Assembly: GCA_029246685.1 (NCBI GenBank)
Contig: JAQWMR010000016.1
Span: 710,877-774,876, forward strand
Direction: 5' to 3'
Origin: Acidimicrobiales bacterium
Lineage (GTDB): Bacteria > Actinomycetota > Acidimicrobiia > Acidimicrobiales > Aldehydirespiratoraceae
Length of the DNA: 64,000 nt
This document shows, in pieces, positions 1-10,920 of this stretch. The notes under the pieces are model-generated. The model worked only from the letters and a program-made list of their open reading frames with translations. It was not told the origin of the DNA and ran no database searches. Every line of letters starts with the position of its first letter. Within the stretch, counting starts at the first letter, position 1. The position numbers were made by a program, and so were the translations under genes.

Positions 1-133
1 CCGTGACCGTGGTGCAGACCGTGTGCGAGCCGACGTCCTCCTCAGCCGTGTTACAGCAGCCGTCGCGGAAGAACCCGGTCACCGGGTCGGTGCCACAATC
101 CGCGAGCTCGCCGCCGAGGACGTTCTTGGTCAT
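1..133 (-). CDS. DUF2237-family protein, N-terminal part only (gene runs off the left edge)
   Basis: Reverse strand from ATG at 133-131 reads MTKNVLGGELADCGTDPVTGFFRDGCCNTAEEDVGSHTVCTTVT with high GC3. This matches my recollection of the conserved DUF2237 N-terminus. It is absent from the ORF track because it is truncated by the window edge. Confidence 0.55.
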   Translation of the reverse strand, partial: MTKNVLGGELADCGTDPVTGFFRDGCCNTAEEDVGSHTVCTTVT

Positions 134-165
134 GAGCCATCAAAGCACGGCAGTAGATTCGGGGC

Positions 166-936
166 ATGACCAGATGGAGACGAGCGCTCGTCACAGGCGC
201 ATCCAGTGGCATCGGTGCTGCCATCACCCGTCAGCTCGCCAGCGAAGGCACCGCGCTCGTCATCGTGGCCCGCGACACCCGCCGGCTCGATGCGCTCGCC
301 GCCGAGTTGGGTGGTGACATCGAGGTACTCACCGCCGACCTCTCCACCGCTGACGGCGTCACCGCGGTGGCCGACCGTCTGACCGAAGTCGAGCGACCCG
401 TCGACCTGCTGGTGAACAATGCCGGTTTTGGCTTCCAGGGCCCCTATGCGTCGCTCGACTACGAGGCTGAGCAGCGGGTCGTCGATGTGAACGCCGGCGC
501 GCTGCATCACCTGTGCCACGCGGCCGCGGGATCGATGACCGACGCTGGCTCCGGCGCGATCCTGAACGTCGCGAGCGTGGCCGCGTTCATCCCGAGCGGC
601 AGCAACGCGACCTACGCCGCCACGAAGGCGTTCGTCACGAGTTTCAGCGAGTCGCTTCACATGGACCTGTCGTCCGTGGGAGTCACGGTCACCGCGTCCT
701 GCCCCGGCTTCACGCGCACAGAGTTCGCCGAGCGGGCCGGCTTCGACGCGTCCAGCGTGCCCAAGGTGTTCTGGCAGAGCGCAGAGGCCGTCGCTCGGCA
801 CGCGCTCGACGCAACCGAGAAGGGCAAGGCGCGCGCGGTACCGGGCGCCCTCAACAAGATCGGCGTCTTCCTGTTCACTCATGCCCCGCGCATCCTCGTC
901 CGCAAGGCCGGCTCGATCGACCTGGACTCCGACTGA
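166..936 (+). CDS. Short-chain dehydrogenase/reductase (SDR)
   Basis: 256 aa; N-terminal Rossmann motif ALVTGASSGIGAA, NNAG, and a catalytic Y-x3-K region (YAATKAF). Confidence 0.85.
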   Translation: MTRWRRALVTGASSGIGAAITRQLASEGTALVIVARDTRRLDALAAELGGDIEVLTADLSTADGVTAVADRLTEVERPVDLLVNNAGFGFQGPYASLDYEAEQRVVDVNAGALHHLCHAAAGSMTDAGSGAILNVASVAAFIPSGSNATYAATKAFVTSFSESLHMDLSSVGVTVTASCPGFTRTEFAERAGFDASSVPKVFWQSAEAVARHALDATEKGKARAVPGALNKIGVFLFTHAPRILVRKAGSIDLDSD

Positions 937-1424
937 TGGAACTCCGACATGCCACCGGCGCCGATGCCGAGGCGATCCGAGAGATCTACAACCGCGAGGT
1001 CACCGAGACCACCAACACGTTCGACATCGAGCCGCGATCGCTCGCCGAGCAGAAGGCCTGGATCGCGGAACGCGAGGGTGCGCTCGGCGTGCTCGTCGCC
1101 GAGATCGACGGAGCAGTCGCCGGGTTCGCGTCGCTGTCCGAGTTCCGGCCCCGCCCTGCATATCGAACGACGGTGGAGAGCAGCGTCTACGTCGCCGAGT
1201 CCGCCCGGGGTGCCGGCGTGGGACGTGAGCTCATGGTGGGACTCGTGGACGTGGCAACGAAGCGCGGCTTCCACACGATCGTCGCGAACATCGCCGGCGG
1301 CCATGAGGCGAGCATCGCCCTGCATCACGCCGCAGGATTCGAGATCGTGGGTACGCAGCGCGAGGTCGGGCGCAAGATGGGCGCCTGGCTCGATCTCGTG
1401 GTGATGCAGCGCATGCTCGCCTGA
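936..1424 (+). CDS. GNAT N-acetyltransferase (phosphinothricin acetyltransferase-like)
   Basis: ATG at 936 overlaps the SDR stop (TGATG). The 162-aa product MELRHATGADAEAIREIYNREV...RGAGVGRELM...VANIAGGHEASIALHHAAGFEIVG is typical of the PAT/GNAT family. The longer ORF from 513 is an out-of-context extension through the SDR gene. Confidence 0.85.
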   Translation: MELRHATGADAEAIREIYNREVTETTNTFDIEPRSLAEQKAWIAEREGALGVLVAEIDGAVAGFASLSEFRPRPAYRTTVESSVYVAESARGAGVGRELMVGLVDVATKRGFHTIVANIAGGHEASIALHHAAGFEIVGTQREVGRKMGAWLDLVVMQRMLA

Positions 1425-1469
1425 GACGCGAAGAATCCGGTGCCGAAGCACCGGATTCTCACGCGTCTC

Positions 1470-1555
1470 TGGTGGGCCGGGAAGGATTCGAACCTTCGTA
1501 GGTGAAAACCGACGGGTTTACAGCCCGTTCCCTTTGGCCGCTCGGGCACCGACCC
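1470..1555 (-). tRNA. tRNA-Tyr (anticodon GTA), long variable arm, CCA encoded
   Basis: Reverse complement reads GGGTCGGTGCCCGAGCGG...CGGGCTGTAAACCCG...GGTTCGAATCCTTCCCGGCCCACCA. The 7-bp acceptor stem has one G-U pair, the anticodon loop is CTGTAAA, and the T-loop is GGTTCGAATCC. Confidence 0.85.
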
Positions 1556-1615
1556 AGGACTCAGAGAGAATACCGGGCTCCAGCACCCGTGCGACTCGGA
1601 ATTCGACGGCGACGA

Positions 1616-1966
1616 TCAGGCCCGGGGCTGGACGACGACTTCGGCGAGCGGCGCCACGGGGGCCTCGTCCGCCGCGCTGTCGCGCAGCGCATGGTGGCCG
1701 GCCACCACCGAGCAGTACTCGGTGACCCGATCCACCTCGGCATCGCTCATCTGGGCGAAGCGGAGGTAGGACACGTGGTGTTTGCCGTCGCGCGAGGAGC
1801 GCCTCACCGCGGTCGGACAGTCGAACCGCACACTCGATCCATCCACCTGCGGGAGCTCGAAAGCGATCCGGACCGTGTCGCCGACCTTCATCGGCTTGCT
1901 CGAGACGACGTCGAAACCGAAAGGCGACACCCCGATCACGCCCATCCGGCCATCGCTCGCCAGCAC
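1616..1966 (-). CDS. PilZ-domain fragment, probably the detached C-terminus of the upstream glycosyltransferase
   Basis: 116 aa from a GTG start. GVSPFG (D/NxSxxG-like), MKVGDTVRIAFEL and the beta-barrel pattern fit PilZ. The RxxxR half of the c-di-GMP motif lies upstream, in frame, and is split by a TAG at 1994-1996 (..LRQVR*NFRASDELKV..). Confidence 0.6.
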   Translation of the reverse strand: MLASDGRMGVIGVSPFGFDVVSSKPMKVGDTVRIAFELPQVDGSSVRFDCPTAVRRSSRDGKHHVSYLRFAQMSDAEVDRVTEYCSVVAGHHALRDSAADEAPVAPLAEVVVQPRA

Positions 1967-1973
1967 CTTCAGC

Positions 1974-3395
1974 TCATCGGATGCTCGGAAGTTCTACCGA
2001 ACCTGACGCAACTTGAGGACGGAGCGGGCCTGGATAGCCATGATCCACAGCCAGCAGGCGATGCCCAAGAAGGCAAGGGTGGCGAAGTCGCCATGCGAGG
2101 GCCGCAGCAGGCCGGTGCCGAACACCGCGATGCTGAACGCGAGCGCAAACTTCAACACGAACAGGAAGATCCGTCTCGACAGCGCGCCCGGGGCGGGGTC
2201 CACCAGCTCGATGCCGAGCGGGTAGAGCCCGTCGAGCGACGACGAGATCAGTGGTCAGGAGACGAAGGTCGTTGCTCATCCACGATTGGAAGCCGACAGG
2301 GGCCTGGGCCGAGCGGCGATACGCGAGCGACGAACCCTGCCAGGCGCCCCAGAGCAGGATGAGGAGACCCGGGTTCGCAGTCATCGGCAGCGACGACGTG
2401 AACATCACCGAGAACAAGATGCCGATCAGCACCAGCCGCTGGATGCTGCGGCCAACGTGGAGGTCGGCGACTCGATAGACACGACGACTGAGCCGAGTGG
2501 CGTTGTCGTTGCGAAGGGGTGCGTCTTTGTCGACCAAGACCGCTAGACGCTCGTGGAGATCACGGGCCCAGCGGTGAAGGTGTCGGTCGTCGTTCCACGG
2601 CGCGAGCCGGCGAGCGACGACGGGCACATCGGTCGTGCGCCATCCGGCGGCCTGTAGCCGAACGCCGGTCGCCATGGTGACGCCTTCGCGGCCGGCCGAC
2701 ATGCCGCCGATCTCCCGAATGGCGCTGCGCCGGATGACGGCCATACCCGGCCACCACGGGAGCGCGCCGGCCTCGTCCAACTTCGCGACCATGAGTTCGT
2801 CGCAGCGACGGTGTTCGCCGTAGTCGACGGCGTTCATCGCGTTCGCATTCTCGATTCGGCTGACGACCACGCCCACCTCGGAGTCATCGAACGCGCCGGC
2901 GCTGACCTCGAGAATGTCGGGCATCACGACGACGTCCGCCGGCATGATCAGCGCGTAGAGCGAGGTGCACTGTTCGACGGCCTTGTCGATGAGACCACCG
3001 AGGTCCGCCTCGAACCCACCGACGACTCGCAGTAGCCCGAGTCGCGACGCCAGATCTGCGACGTCCGTCCGGTCGTCACGGTCCACGATGCGCAGGTTGG
3101 TGTAGCCCTGAATGAGTCGAGCAGAGAGCACCGCGGCACGAACCTCACTCGCGGGCTCATCGGTGACAACGACGATCACATCGGCGTCCGGCGCCATCGT
3201 CTTCTCCGGCGTCCGATTGTCGGGGCGGATGTCGCCGAGCAGCGACGTCTCCATCTGCAGACGAAGCAGGCCGAACGCCTCGGCTGCGAGCAGCAGGAAG
3301 AACATCACCGGGTTCGCGCCATCGCTGGTGAACGCGAGCCGCCACGTGAGGTAGACGACTCCGGTCGCGAGCGCGGTTATCCGAAGAGCAGACAT
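1974..3395 (-). pseudogene. Cellulose-synthase-like family-2 glycosyltransferase (BcsA-like), frameshifted near 2232-2258
   Basis: N-terminal TM helices, a GT2 core (DADVIVVVTDE, IVDRDD) and an HLHRWARD motif resembling QxxRW. After about aa 385 the listed frame turns Arg-rich and non-membrane. The TM-like continuation (..LDGLYPLGIELVDPAPGALSRRIFLFVLKFALAFSIAVFG..LGIACWLWIMAIQ..) is in the frame of ORF 1994..2203, the same frame as the PilZ ORF. Confidence 0.6.
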
Positions 3396-3475
3396 GCTTC
3401 GCAGGTCGGCAGCACGAACCCGGTCTCGAGCGCGAGCGTCGACGGGCTGGCGGGCTGATTTGGTACGTTCGGCGC

Positions 3476-3964
3476 ATGCCGACGTTCGATGTTGTCTCCG
3501 AAGTCGACGAGCAGGAAGTGCGCAACGCCGTCGACCAAGCCGCCCGTGAAGTCGCTCAGCGCTTCGACTTCAAGAACACCAACTCCACGTTCGAGTTGGG
3601 CGAGGGCGTGATCAACATGGCCTCGCTGTCGGAGGATCGGCTGACCGCGCTGCGCCAGGTCCTCGAGGAGAAGCTCGTCAAGCGCAAGGTCAGCCTGAAG
3701 GTCCTCGACTACGGCACGGTCGAGAGTGCGTCCGGCGCGACGGTGCGACAGACAGCCACGCTGCAGGCGGGGATCAATCAGGAGAAGGCCAAGGAACTGA
3801 ACAAGTTCATCAAGGCCCTCGGGGTGAAGGGCGTCCAGTCCTCAACACAGGGCGATCAGCTGCGTGTGTCCGGCAAGAAGCGGGACCACCTGCAAGAGAT
3901 CATCGCCGCGCTGAAAGCCGAAGACTTCGGCCTCCCCATCCAGTTCAACAACTTCCGCGACTGA
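3476..3964 (+). CDS. yajQ: YajQ-family (UPF0234) nucleotide / c-di-GMP-binding protein
   Basis: 162 aa. MPTFDVVSEVDEQEVRNAVDQAAREVAQRFDFKN...LPIQFNNFRD is the canonical YajQ sequence pattern from end to end. Confidence 0.9.
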   Translation: MPTFDVVSEVDEQEVRNAVDQAAREVAQRFDFKNTNSTFELGEGVINMASLSEDRLTALRQVLEEKLVKRKVSLKVLDYGTVESASGATVRQTATLQAGINQEKAKELNKFIKALGVKGVQSSTQGDQLRVSGKKRDHLQEIIAALKAEDFGLPIQFNNFRD

Positions 3965-3965
3965 C

Positions 3966-3998
3966 CGCTGCAGTTGGGGTCAGACCCCCGCTGCAGTT
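3966..3998. repeat. Palindromic-core intergenic element (core GGGGTCAGACCCC flanked by CGCTGCAGTT x2), likely bidirectional terminator
   Basis: Lies between the convergent stops of yajQ (3964) and htpX (4002). Member of a five-copy family; see findings. Confidence 0.6.
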
Positions 3999-4001
3999 CT
4001 G

Positions 4002-4847
4002 TCAGAACGACCGGAGACGAGCGATGCGCTCTTCGGTCGGAGGGTGGGTGCTGAAGAGCTTGCCCATGCCGCCTCGGCCGCGAGCCTGAGCGCTCAGCGG
4101 GTTGATGATGTAGTTGCTGGCCTGGTTTGGGTCGATGTTGACCGGGATCTGGTGGGCGTAGGCATCGAGCTTTTCGAGCGCCTGGGCGAGTGGCGCACCG
4201 CTTCCGATGAGCTTCGCTGCGGACTCGTCGGCCTGGAACTCTCGGCTTCGGCTGACGGCGGCCTGGATGAGCATCGCGGCGATCGGCGCGAGAATCGCAA
4301 ACGCGATCTCGCCGATGGGGTTGCGGTCTCGGCCGCCCCGTCCGCCGAACATCGCGCCCCACATGGCCATGCGGGCGGCGAAGGTGATCGCCATGCCGAT
4401 GGCGGCGGCGACGGATCCGATCAGGATGTCGCGGTTGCGGATGTGGGCCAGTTCGTGGGCGAGCACGCCGCGGACCTCATCCCAGCTCATGGCATCGAGG
4501 AGCCCCACGGTGACGGCGACGGCCGCGTTCTTCGGATTGCGGCCCGTCGCGAACGCGTTCGGCTGCGGGTTCGGTGAAACGTAGAGCTTGGGCATCGGCA
4601 TCTCGGCCTTGGCCGTCAGCTCTTCCATGATCTCGTAGTACTGCGGCATCTGTTCGCGGGTGACAGGCTGCGCCTTGGCGGACTTGATCGCGAGCTTGTC
4701 GGAGAACCAGTAGGAACCGCCGACCATCACGAGGGCGATGACGAGGCCGATGACGAGCCCACCGCTGCCGCCGAGCGCACCGCCGCCGACGATGATGAGG
4801 CCACCGAGAGCGGCGAGAAGCGTGAATGTCTTGGCTGTGTTGACCAT
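4002..4847 (-). CDS. htpX: Zinc metalloprotease HtpX (peptidase M48)
   Basis: 281 aa; N-terminal TM helices, [10 protein letters not shown] zinc motif, C-terminal [14 protein letters not shown]. The RBS AGGAGGT precedes the ATG. Confidence 0.9.
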   Translation of the reverse strand: MVNTAKTFTLLAALGGLIIVGGGALGGSGGLVIGLVIALVMVGGSYWFSDKLAIKSAKAQPVTREQMPQYYEIMEELTAKAEMPMPKLYVSPNPQPNAFATGRNPKNAAVAVTVGLLDAMSWDEVRGVLAHELAHIRNRDILIGSVAAAIGMAITFAARMAMWGAMFGGRGGRDRNPIGEIAFAILAPIAAMLIQAAVSRSREFQADESAAKLIGSGAPLAQALEKLDAYAHQIPVNIDPNQASNYIINPLSAQARGRGGMGKLFSTHPPTEERIARLRSF

Positions 4848-4925
4848 GCGGTCAGATACCTCCTGGGTGACTCAACGCTAAGTGACACGCGCGAAATTCC
4901 GCGTCAAAACCGGCGTTGACGCCCG

Positions 4926-5429
4926 TCACACCTCGCCATCCTCGTAGTAGCCCGAGTGCACGTAGACCGCATTCACGCCCGCCTTTCCGTACATCACGAG
5001 GTTCTTGATCTCGTCTTCGTGGGCCACCTTCACATCACCGCCGAGTGAGCGAATCCGGTCGAGCTCATGGCCCTTCAGTTCGTGGGAAGGTCGCTGGTCG
5101 GCGGATGGCCGAAAGATCGCCAGATCGATGGCGAAGCCGTGGCGGGCCAGCCACTCCAACGACCCTTCGCTCCGTTCGATGGGGCGCGCGGTCACCAAGA
5201 CGATGCAGTGATCGTCGCGATAGCGGGCCATCTCGCGCTGCCCGAATTCCAGTGGTTCGTCGAGATGAGCCAGGTCGCCGAAGGCGACCCAGTCCGGCGG
5301 GCTCGCCCGCAGGTACCCCTGTCGATGCGTCGCGTCCGACAACACGCCATCCATGTCGAAGATCGCGACCGGCAGCTCGAAGCCTCGCTCGGTCACTCGA
5401 ACCCAATGCGGGAAATTCACTTGTCTCAT
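4926..5429 (-). CDS. HAD-superfamily phosphatase-like protein
   Basis: 167 aa; HAD motif I (FDMDGVLSD) and a LVTARP segment. Function not assignable. Confidence 0.6.
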   Translation of the reverse strand: MRQVNFPHWVRVTERGFELPVAIFDMDGVLSDATHRQGYLRASPPDWVAFGDLAHLDEPLEFGQREMARYRDDHCIVLVTARPIERSEGSLEWLARHGFAIDLAIFRPSADQRPSHELKGHELDRIRSLGGDVKVAHEDEIKNLVMYGKAGVNAVYVHSGYYEDGEV

Positions 5430-5448
5430 CGGCGATCGACTCCGTCGT

Positions 5449-7440
<1,992 letters not shown>

Positions 7441-7615
7441 TGGCGCTTCTCCCCGTCTCGTCTGGCGTCGGAACCTTAGCCAACCCTCCGACGAACCTCC
7501 CTTCGACGGTCGCGCGCGGAAGATGTTCTGACGTCACCGCGACTTTCGGCGTCGTTCAGACGTCGGAATCGACTGGCGGGTTGCACTCGTGGCCCCTGGC
7601 AGGGAGAACTCTTCA

Positions 7616-8020
7616 GTGATTCAGGAATTCAAGGACTTCATCAGCAAGGGCAACGTGCTCGATCTCACGGCCGCAGTCGTGCTCGCGGCCGCGTTCGGTC
7701 TCGTCGTCGGCTCGTTCGTCAACGACATCCTTATGCAGATCGTGGCGGCCATCTTCGGCCAGCCTGACTTCAGCGGGATGACCATCCACCGGGGTGACGC
7801 GATCGGCGTCGACCCCGACACCGGCCAGGCGCTCTACGAGGGCCAGATCTACTACGGACGGTTCCTCACCACCGCCCTGAACTTCGTCATCGTCGCCTTC
7901 GTCGTGTTCATGGTCGTCAAAGCCTACAACTCCACCCAGAAGGACGAGGAAGAGGAAGAGGCGGGCCCGAGCGAGGTCGACCTTCTCACCGAGATCCGCG
8001 ACTCCCTGAGCAACCGCTGA
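7616..8020 (+). CDS. mscL: Large-conductance mechanosensitive channel MscL
   Basis: IQEFKDFISKGNVLDLTAAVVLAAAFGLVVGSFVNDILM is the MscL signature. I place the start at GTG 7616, 6 nt after GGGAGAA; the track ORF starts at 7589. Confidence 0.9.
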   Translation: MIQEFKDFISKGNVLDLTAAVVLAAAFGLVVGSFVNDILMQIVAAIFGQPDFSGMTIHRGDAIGVDPDTGQALYEGQIYYGRFLTTALNFVIVAFVVFMVVKAYNSTQKDEEEEEAGPSEVDLLTEIRDSLSNR

Positions 8021-8039
8021 TCACGATTCCGATCTAGGT

Positions 8040-8078
8040 CGAAAGTGGGACGGGGGTCTGACCCCCGTCCCACTTTCG
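8040..8078. terminator. Perfect 17-bp-stem hairpin (CGAAAGTGGGACGGGGG-TCTGA-CCCCCGTCCCACTTTCG), bidirectional terminator, palindromic-core family member
   Basis: Lies between the convergent stops of mscL (8020) and the OsmC gene (8082). Both arms were checked base by base. Confidence 0.75.
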
Positions 8079-8081
8079 CGT

Positions 8082-8513
8082 TCAACCGACGAAGACCGTC
8101 TCGGTCGTGAAGCTGACGCCGTGGTCGAGCGTCTTGTGCACGGGACAGCGCTGGGCGACATCGGCGAGCCGCTTGCGCTGCTCGTCATCGAACTGGCCCT
8201 CGATGAAGATCTCGCTGCGGACCCTCTCGATGTAGCCCTTGGCGTCGTCCTCACAGTCGGCGCAGTCGTCGGCGTGCACCTTGTCGATCTCGTAGCGGGC
8301 CGAGACGGAGTGGAGATCCCAGCCCTTGCGCTGACAGAACATCGACAGCGTGATGCACGTGCATGCCGCGACCGCCGAGATCAGCAGCTCGTAGGGATTG
8401 GGTCCGGTGTCGGTGCCGCCGAGATCGGTCGGCTCGTCGGCACACCAGACGTGGTCGCCGGCACGAAGCTCGACGGCAAATCCGGATGTGAGATCAGCGG
8501 TGATTGTGGCCAT
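8082..8513 (-). CDS. OsmC/Ohr-family peroxiredoxin-like protein
   Basis: 143 aa from ATG 8513 (MATITADLTSGF...GPNPYELLISAVAACTCITL...QRCPVHKTL). The 430-aa track ORF is an upstream extension antisense to the next gene. Confidence 0.85.
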   Translation of the reverse strand: MATITADLTSGFAVELRAGDHVWCADEPTDLGGTDTGPNPYELLISAVAACTCITLSMFCQRKGWDLHSVSARYEIDKVHADDCADCEDDAKGYIERVRSEIFIEGQFDDEQRKRLADVAQRCPVHKTLDHGVSFTTETVFVG

Positions 8514-8543
8514 GAGGCGCAGCGTAGGGAAAGCTTCATCCCT

Positions 8544-9353
8544 ATGTCTTCTGATGCGACGACGCTGAACGCCGCCGGGGAACCGGCCGCCACCTACGAG
8601 CGCGACGGTCACGTCGCCACGATCACGTACAACCGACCGGAGGCGATGAACGCCGTCAACGGCGCTATGCGCGAAGCGCTCGACGCCGCGTGGACACAGT
8701 TCCGCGAGGACGACGAGGCCTGGGTCGGCATCGTCACCGGCACCGGCCGCACGTTCTGCGCCGGCGCAGATCTCCGAGACGGCAAGGGATCCGTCGGCAC
8801 GTGGCCCGGCTCCTTCTGGGAGTGGCCCACGATCACCACGTTCGAGAGCGGCATGGAGATCTGGAAGCCGACCATCGCGGCCGTCAACGGCCCGTGCATC
8901 GGCTACGGGCTCACGGCGGTGCTCGCCTGTGATTTCGTCCTCGCCAGCGAGCGGGCGACGTTCGCCTATCCTGAAGTCAAGATCGGCGTGTCCACGATCG
9001 TCGGGGCGCTGCGCCTCCCGAAGCACGTCGCCATGGCCGACGCGCTCGATCTGCTCCTCACCGGCGATCCGATCGACGCGGAGCACGCGAAGGAGATCGG
9101 TCTGGCCTGGCGAGTCCACGAGCACGATGAGCTGATGGCCGAAGCTCGTCGCCTGGGGGACCGCCTCTGCCAGGGCGCGCCGCTCGCCGTCCGAGCCACA
9201 AGCGAGATGGCCCACCGCGGTCAGGACCTCCCGTGGACCGACGCAGTCCGCATGGGCGAAGCGATGCGCCGAGTCGTCGGCCAGAGCGAGGACTCCATAG
9301 AGGGCGGGCTCGCCTGGGCCGAGAAGCGCGATCCCCAGTGGAAGGGCCGCTAG
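8544..9353 (+). CDS. Enoyl-CoA hydratase/isomerase (crotonase family)
   Basis: 269 aa from ATG 8544. ITYNRPEAMNAVN, GTGRTFCAGADL and AAVNGPCIGYGL are crotonase signatures. Confidence 0.85.
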   Translation: MSSDATTLNAAGEPAATYERDGHVATITYNRPEAMNAVNGAMREALDAAWTQFREDDEAWVGIVTGTGRTFCAGADLRDGKGSVGTWPGSFWEWPTITTFESGMEIWKPTIAAVNGPCIGYGLTAVLACDFVLASERATFAYPEVKIGVSTIVGALRLPKHVAMADALDLLLTGDPIDAEHAKEIGLAWRVHEHDELMAEARRLGDRLCQGAPLAVRATSEMAHRGQDLPWTDAVRMGEAMRRVVGQSEDSIEGGLAWAEKRDPQWKGR

Positions 9354-9360
9354 CCGCGCC

Positions 9361-9966
9361 GTGTTCGGTATCAATCGACAGGGACCGATTCAGCAGGGTG
9401 TTCCGCACGGACGGTCGATCCGGCTGGGTCTCTTCGTCGCCGCGGCGATGACCTTGCTCCTCCAACTCGTCCCGCTGGACCCCATTGACCGCCTGCGCCC
9501 GGCCGCGGCCACGGCGGGAATAACCGTCCTCGCCGTGATGTGGTCCCGCGTGTACGTGACGGTCGACAGCGCTGCCGTGTCCCTTCGCCTTCTCGATCTG
9601 AAGGGAACGGTCGTCGAGATCCCGCGCCACGAAATCGTCAGCATCGGGGTCGCCAAGACGAAGCTGATCCGTGCGCCGGTCATCACGACGACAACCGGCG
9701 AGCGGCACACGGTGCTCGCCCTTTCGGGTGGGGCCTGGGCTCGAATACTGACCGGCGACCAGACCGAACAACTGACTACCCAGCTCGCGGCCGCCGCAAC
9801 ACCGATGCCATGGCCGACCGCGGCGGCTGACCCTCACCCGCTACATCTGGGGTCAGACACCCGCTACATCCCGACGGCGCGAGCGCTCAGCTCCCGAAGA
9901 TCTGGGGGTACATCGAGTTGGTCACCGTGCTCATCATGTCCACGCGATCAGCGCGAGGCACGGTGA
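9361..9966 (+). CDS. Hypothetical membrane protein with PH-like (bPH) domain
   Basis: Two predicted TM helices, then VYVTVDSAAVSLRLLDLKGTVVEIPRHEIVSIGV. The 3' tail runs through a repeat element (9835-9870) and overlaps the convergent SDR gene, so the true C-terminus is uncertain. Confidence 0.4.
   Translation: MFGINRQGPIQQGVPHGRSIRLGLFVAAAMTLLLQLVPLDPIDRLRPAAATAGITVLAVMWSRVYVTVDSAAVSLRLLDLKGTVVEIPRHEIVSIGVAKTKLIRAPVITTTTGERHTVLALSGGAWARILTGDQTEQLTTQLAAAATPMPWPTAAADPHPLHLGSDTRYIPTARALSSRRSGGTSSWSPCSSCPRDQREAR
9835..9870. repeat. Palindromic-core element (CACCCGCTACATC x2 flanking TGGGGTCAGA)
   Basis: Its reverse complement is near-identical to the copy at 44224-44258. Confidence 0.55.
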
Positions 9967-10663
9967 GCACGAACTCCAGCGTTTCGTCGGGGAGCCAGCG
10001 GCCGCCTTCGGGCAGGTCGTCGAGCGCTCGGCTGACGACATCTCGAGGGTCGACCATGCCCGCCAGAGCGTCCTCGCTCGGGCTGTGGCCCACGAACGCC
10101 GGCGTCTCCATACTCGGCGCGACGACGGCCAGAGTCTGCACGCCTGAGTCACGAATCTCCCAACCGATCGCCTCGGCCAGATTCACGGTGAACGCCTTGG
10201 TGGCGCTGTAGAGGCCGACACCGCCGACTCCACAGAGCGCGGAACCGCTGCTCGTGACGACGAAGCCACCACGGCCCCGCTCGACCATCGGCGGGATCGA
10301 CCAGGCCGCCATGTCCACGACCGCCTGAGCGTTGACGCCCACGGTCAACGCTCGTTCCTGAGCGGTCATATCGAGGAAGTTCTTCACGAAGCTGACGCCG
10401 GCGTTGGCGACGGCCAGCCCGACTTCCAGATCGCCCACGACCTCGTCGACCGCGTCGGTCCAGTCCGGAGCGGTCACGTCAACCTGCACCGCTCGGGTGT
10501 CGCCGTCGAGGCCGGCAGCGACCTCGTGGACCGCCTCGTTGACATCGACCATCAAGACGCCGAGCCCACGAGAGAGGCACTCCTCGACGTAGGCGAGGCC
10601 AACGCCCTGTGCCGCACCGGTTACAACCGCCCACGGCCCGTATTGATCAGCGAATTCCGTCAT
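9887..10663 (-). CDS. Short-chain dehydrogenase/reductase (SDR)
   Basis: 258 aa; WAVVTGAAQGVGLA Rossmann motif, NAGV, YSATKAF. Confidence 0.8.
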   Translation of the reverse strand: MTEFADQYGPWAVVTGAAQGVGLAYVEECLSRGLGVLMVDVNEAVHEVAAGLDGDTRAVQVDVTAPDWTDAVDEVVGDLEVGLAVANAGVSFVKNFLDMTAQERALTVGVNAQAVVDMAAWSIPPMVERGRGGFVVTSSGSALCGVGGVGLYSATKAFTVNLAEAIGWEIRDSGVQTLAVVAPSMETPAFVGHSPSEDALAGMVDPRDVVSRALDDLPEGGRWLPDETLEFVLTVPRADRVDMMSTVTNSMYPQIFGS

Positions 10664-10865
10664 AGCGGCTGATCCTAGCCGTGCGCTCTAGGGCCGGACC
10701 ACGAGCGGAAGTACCCCAGTCGGACAGGGACCTTTTCGGCGCGTGGTTGATCCGAGAGCCTCTACGGAGCCGGTCTCGGTCTGTCGTTGTTCGTGGGGCG
10801 AGGCATCACCTCGACTCCAACCACCGTGACCGACTGTCCAGGACACGGTGGCTCCACAAACCCAG

Positions 10866-10898
10866 AACGGCGACCGAGCCGCTTACTCGGTTGCCGTT
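10866..10898 (-). terminator. Stem-loop downstream of the SDR gene 10921..11679
   Basis: AACGGCGACCGAG / CTCGGTTGCCGTT arms (13 bp, one G-U pair) around a 7-nt loop, 23 nt after the stop codon. Confidence 0.5.
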
Positions 10899-10920
10899 TC
10901 TGGACGTTTCGGACCAGAAG

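Noticed and set aside
4868-4890. GTGACTCAACGCTAAGTGAC upstream of htpX could be an HspR (HAIR) or other heat-shock operator.
   Set aside because: It is a direct repeat of GTGAC, not the inverted CTTGAGT-N7-ACTCAAG arrangement. Only one half-site-like GTTGAGT is present.
8514-9374. N-terminal extensions of several track ORFs: OsmC to 9374, enoyl-CoA hydratase from 8121, larC to 13924, epimerase to 37194, thiolase from 59512, cysS from 46808, PPIase to 55838.
   Set aside because: The extensions overlap neighbouring genes, are compositionally non-coding, and start before internal start codons that give normal-length family members, often with a Shine-Dalgarno sequence or stop-start overlap.
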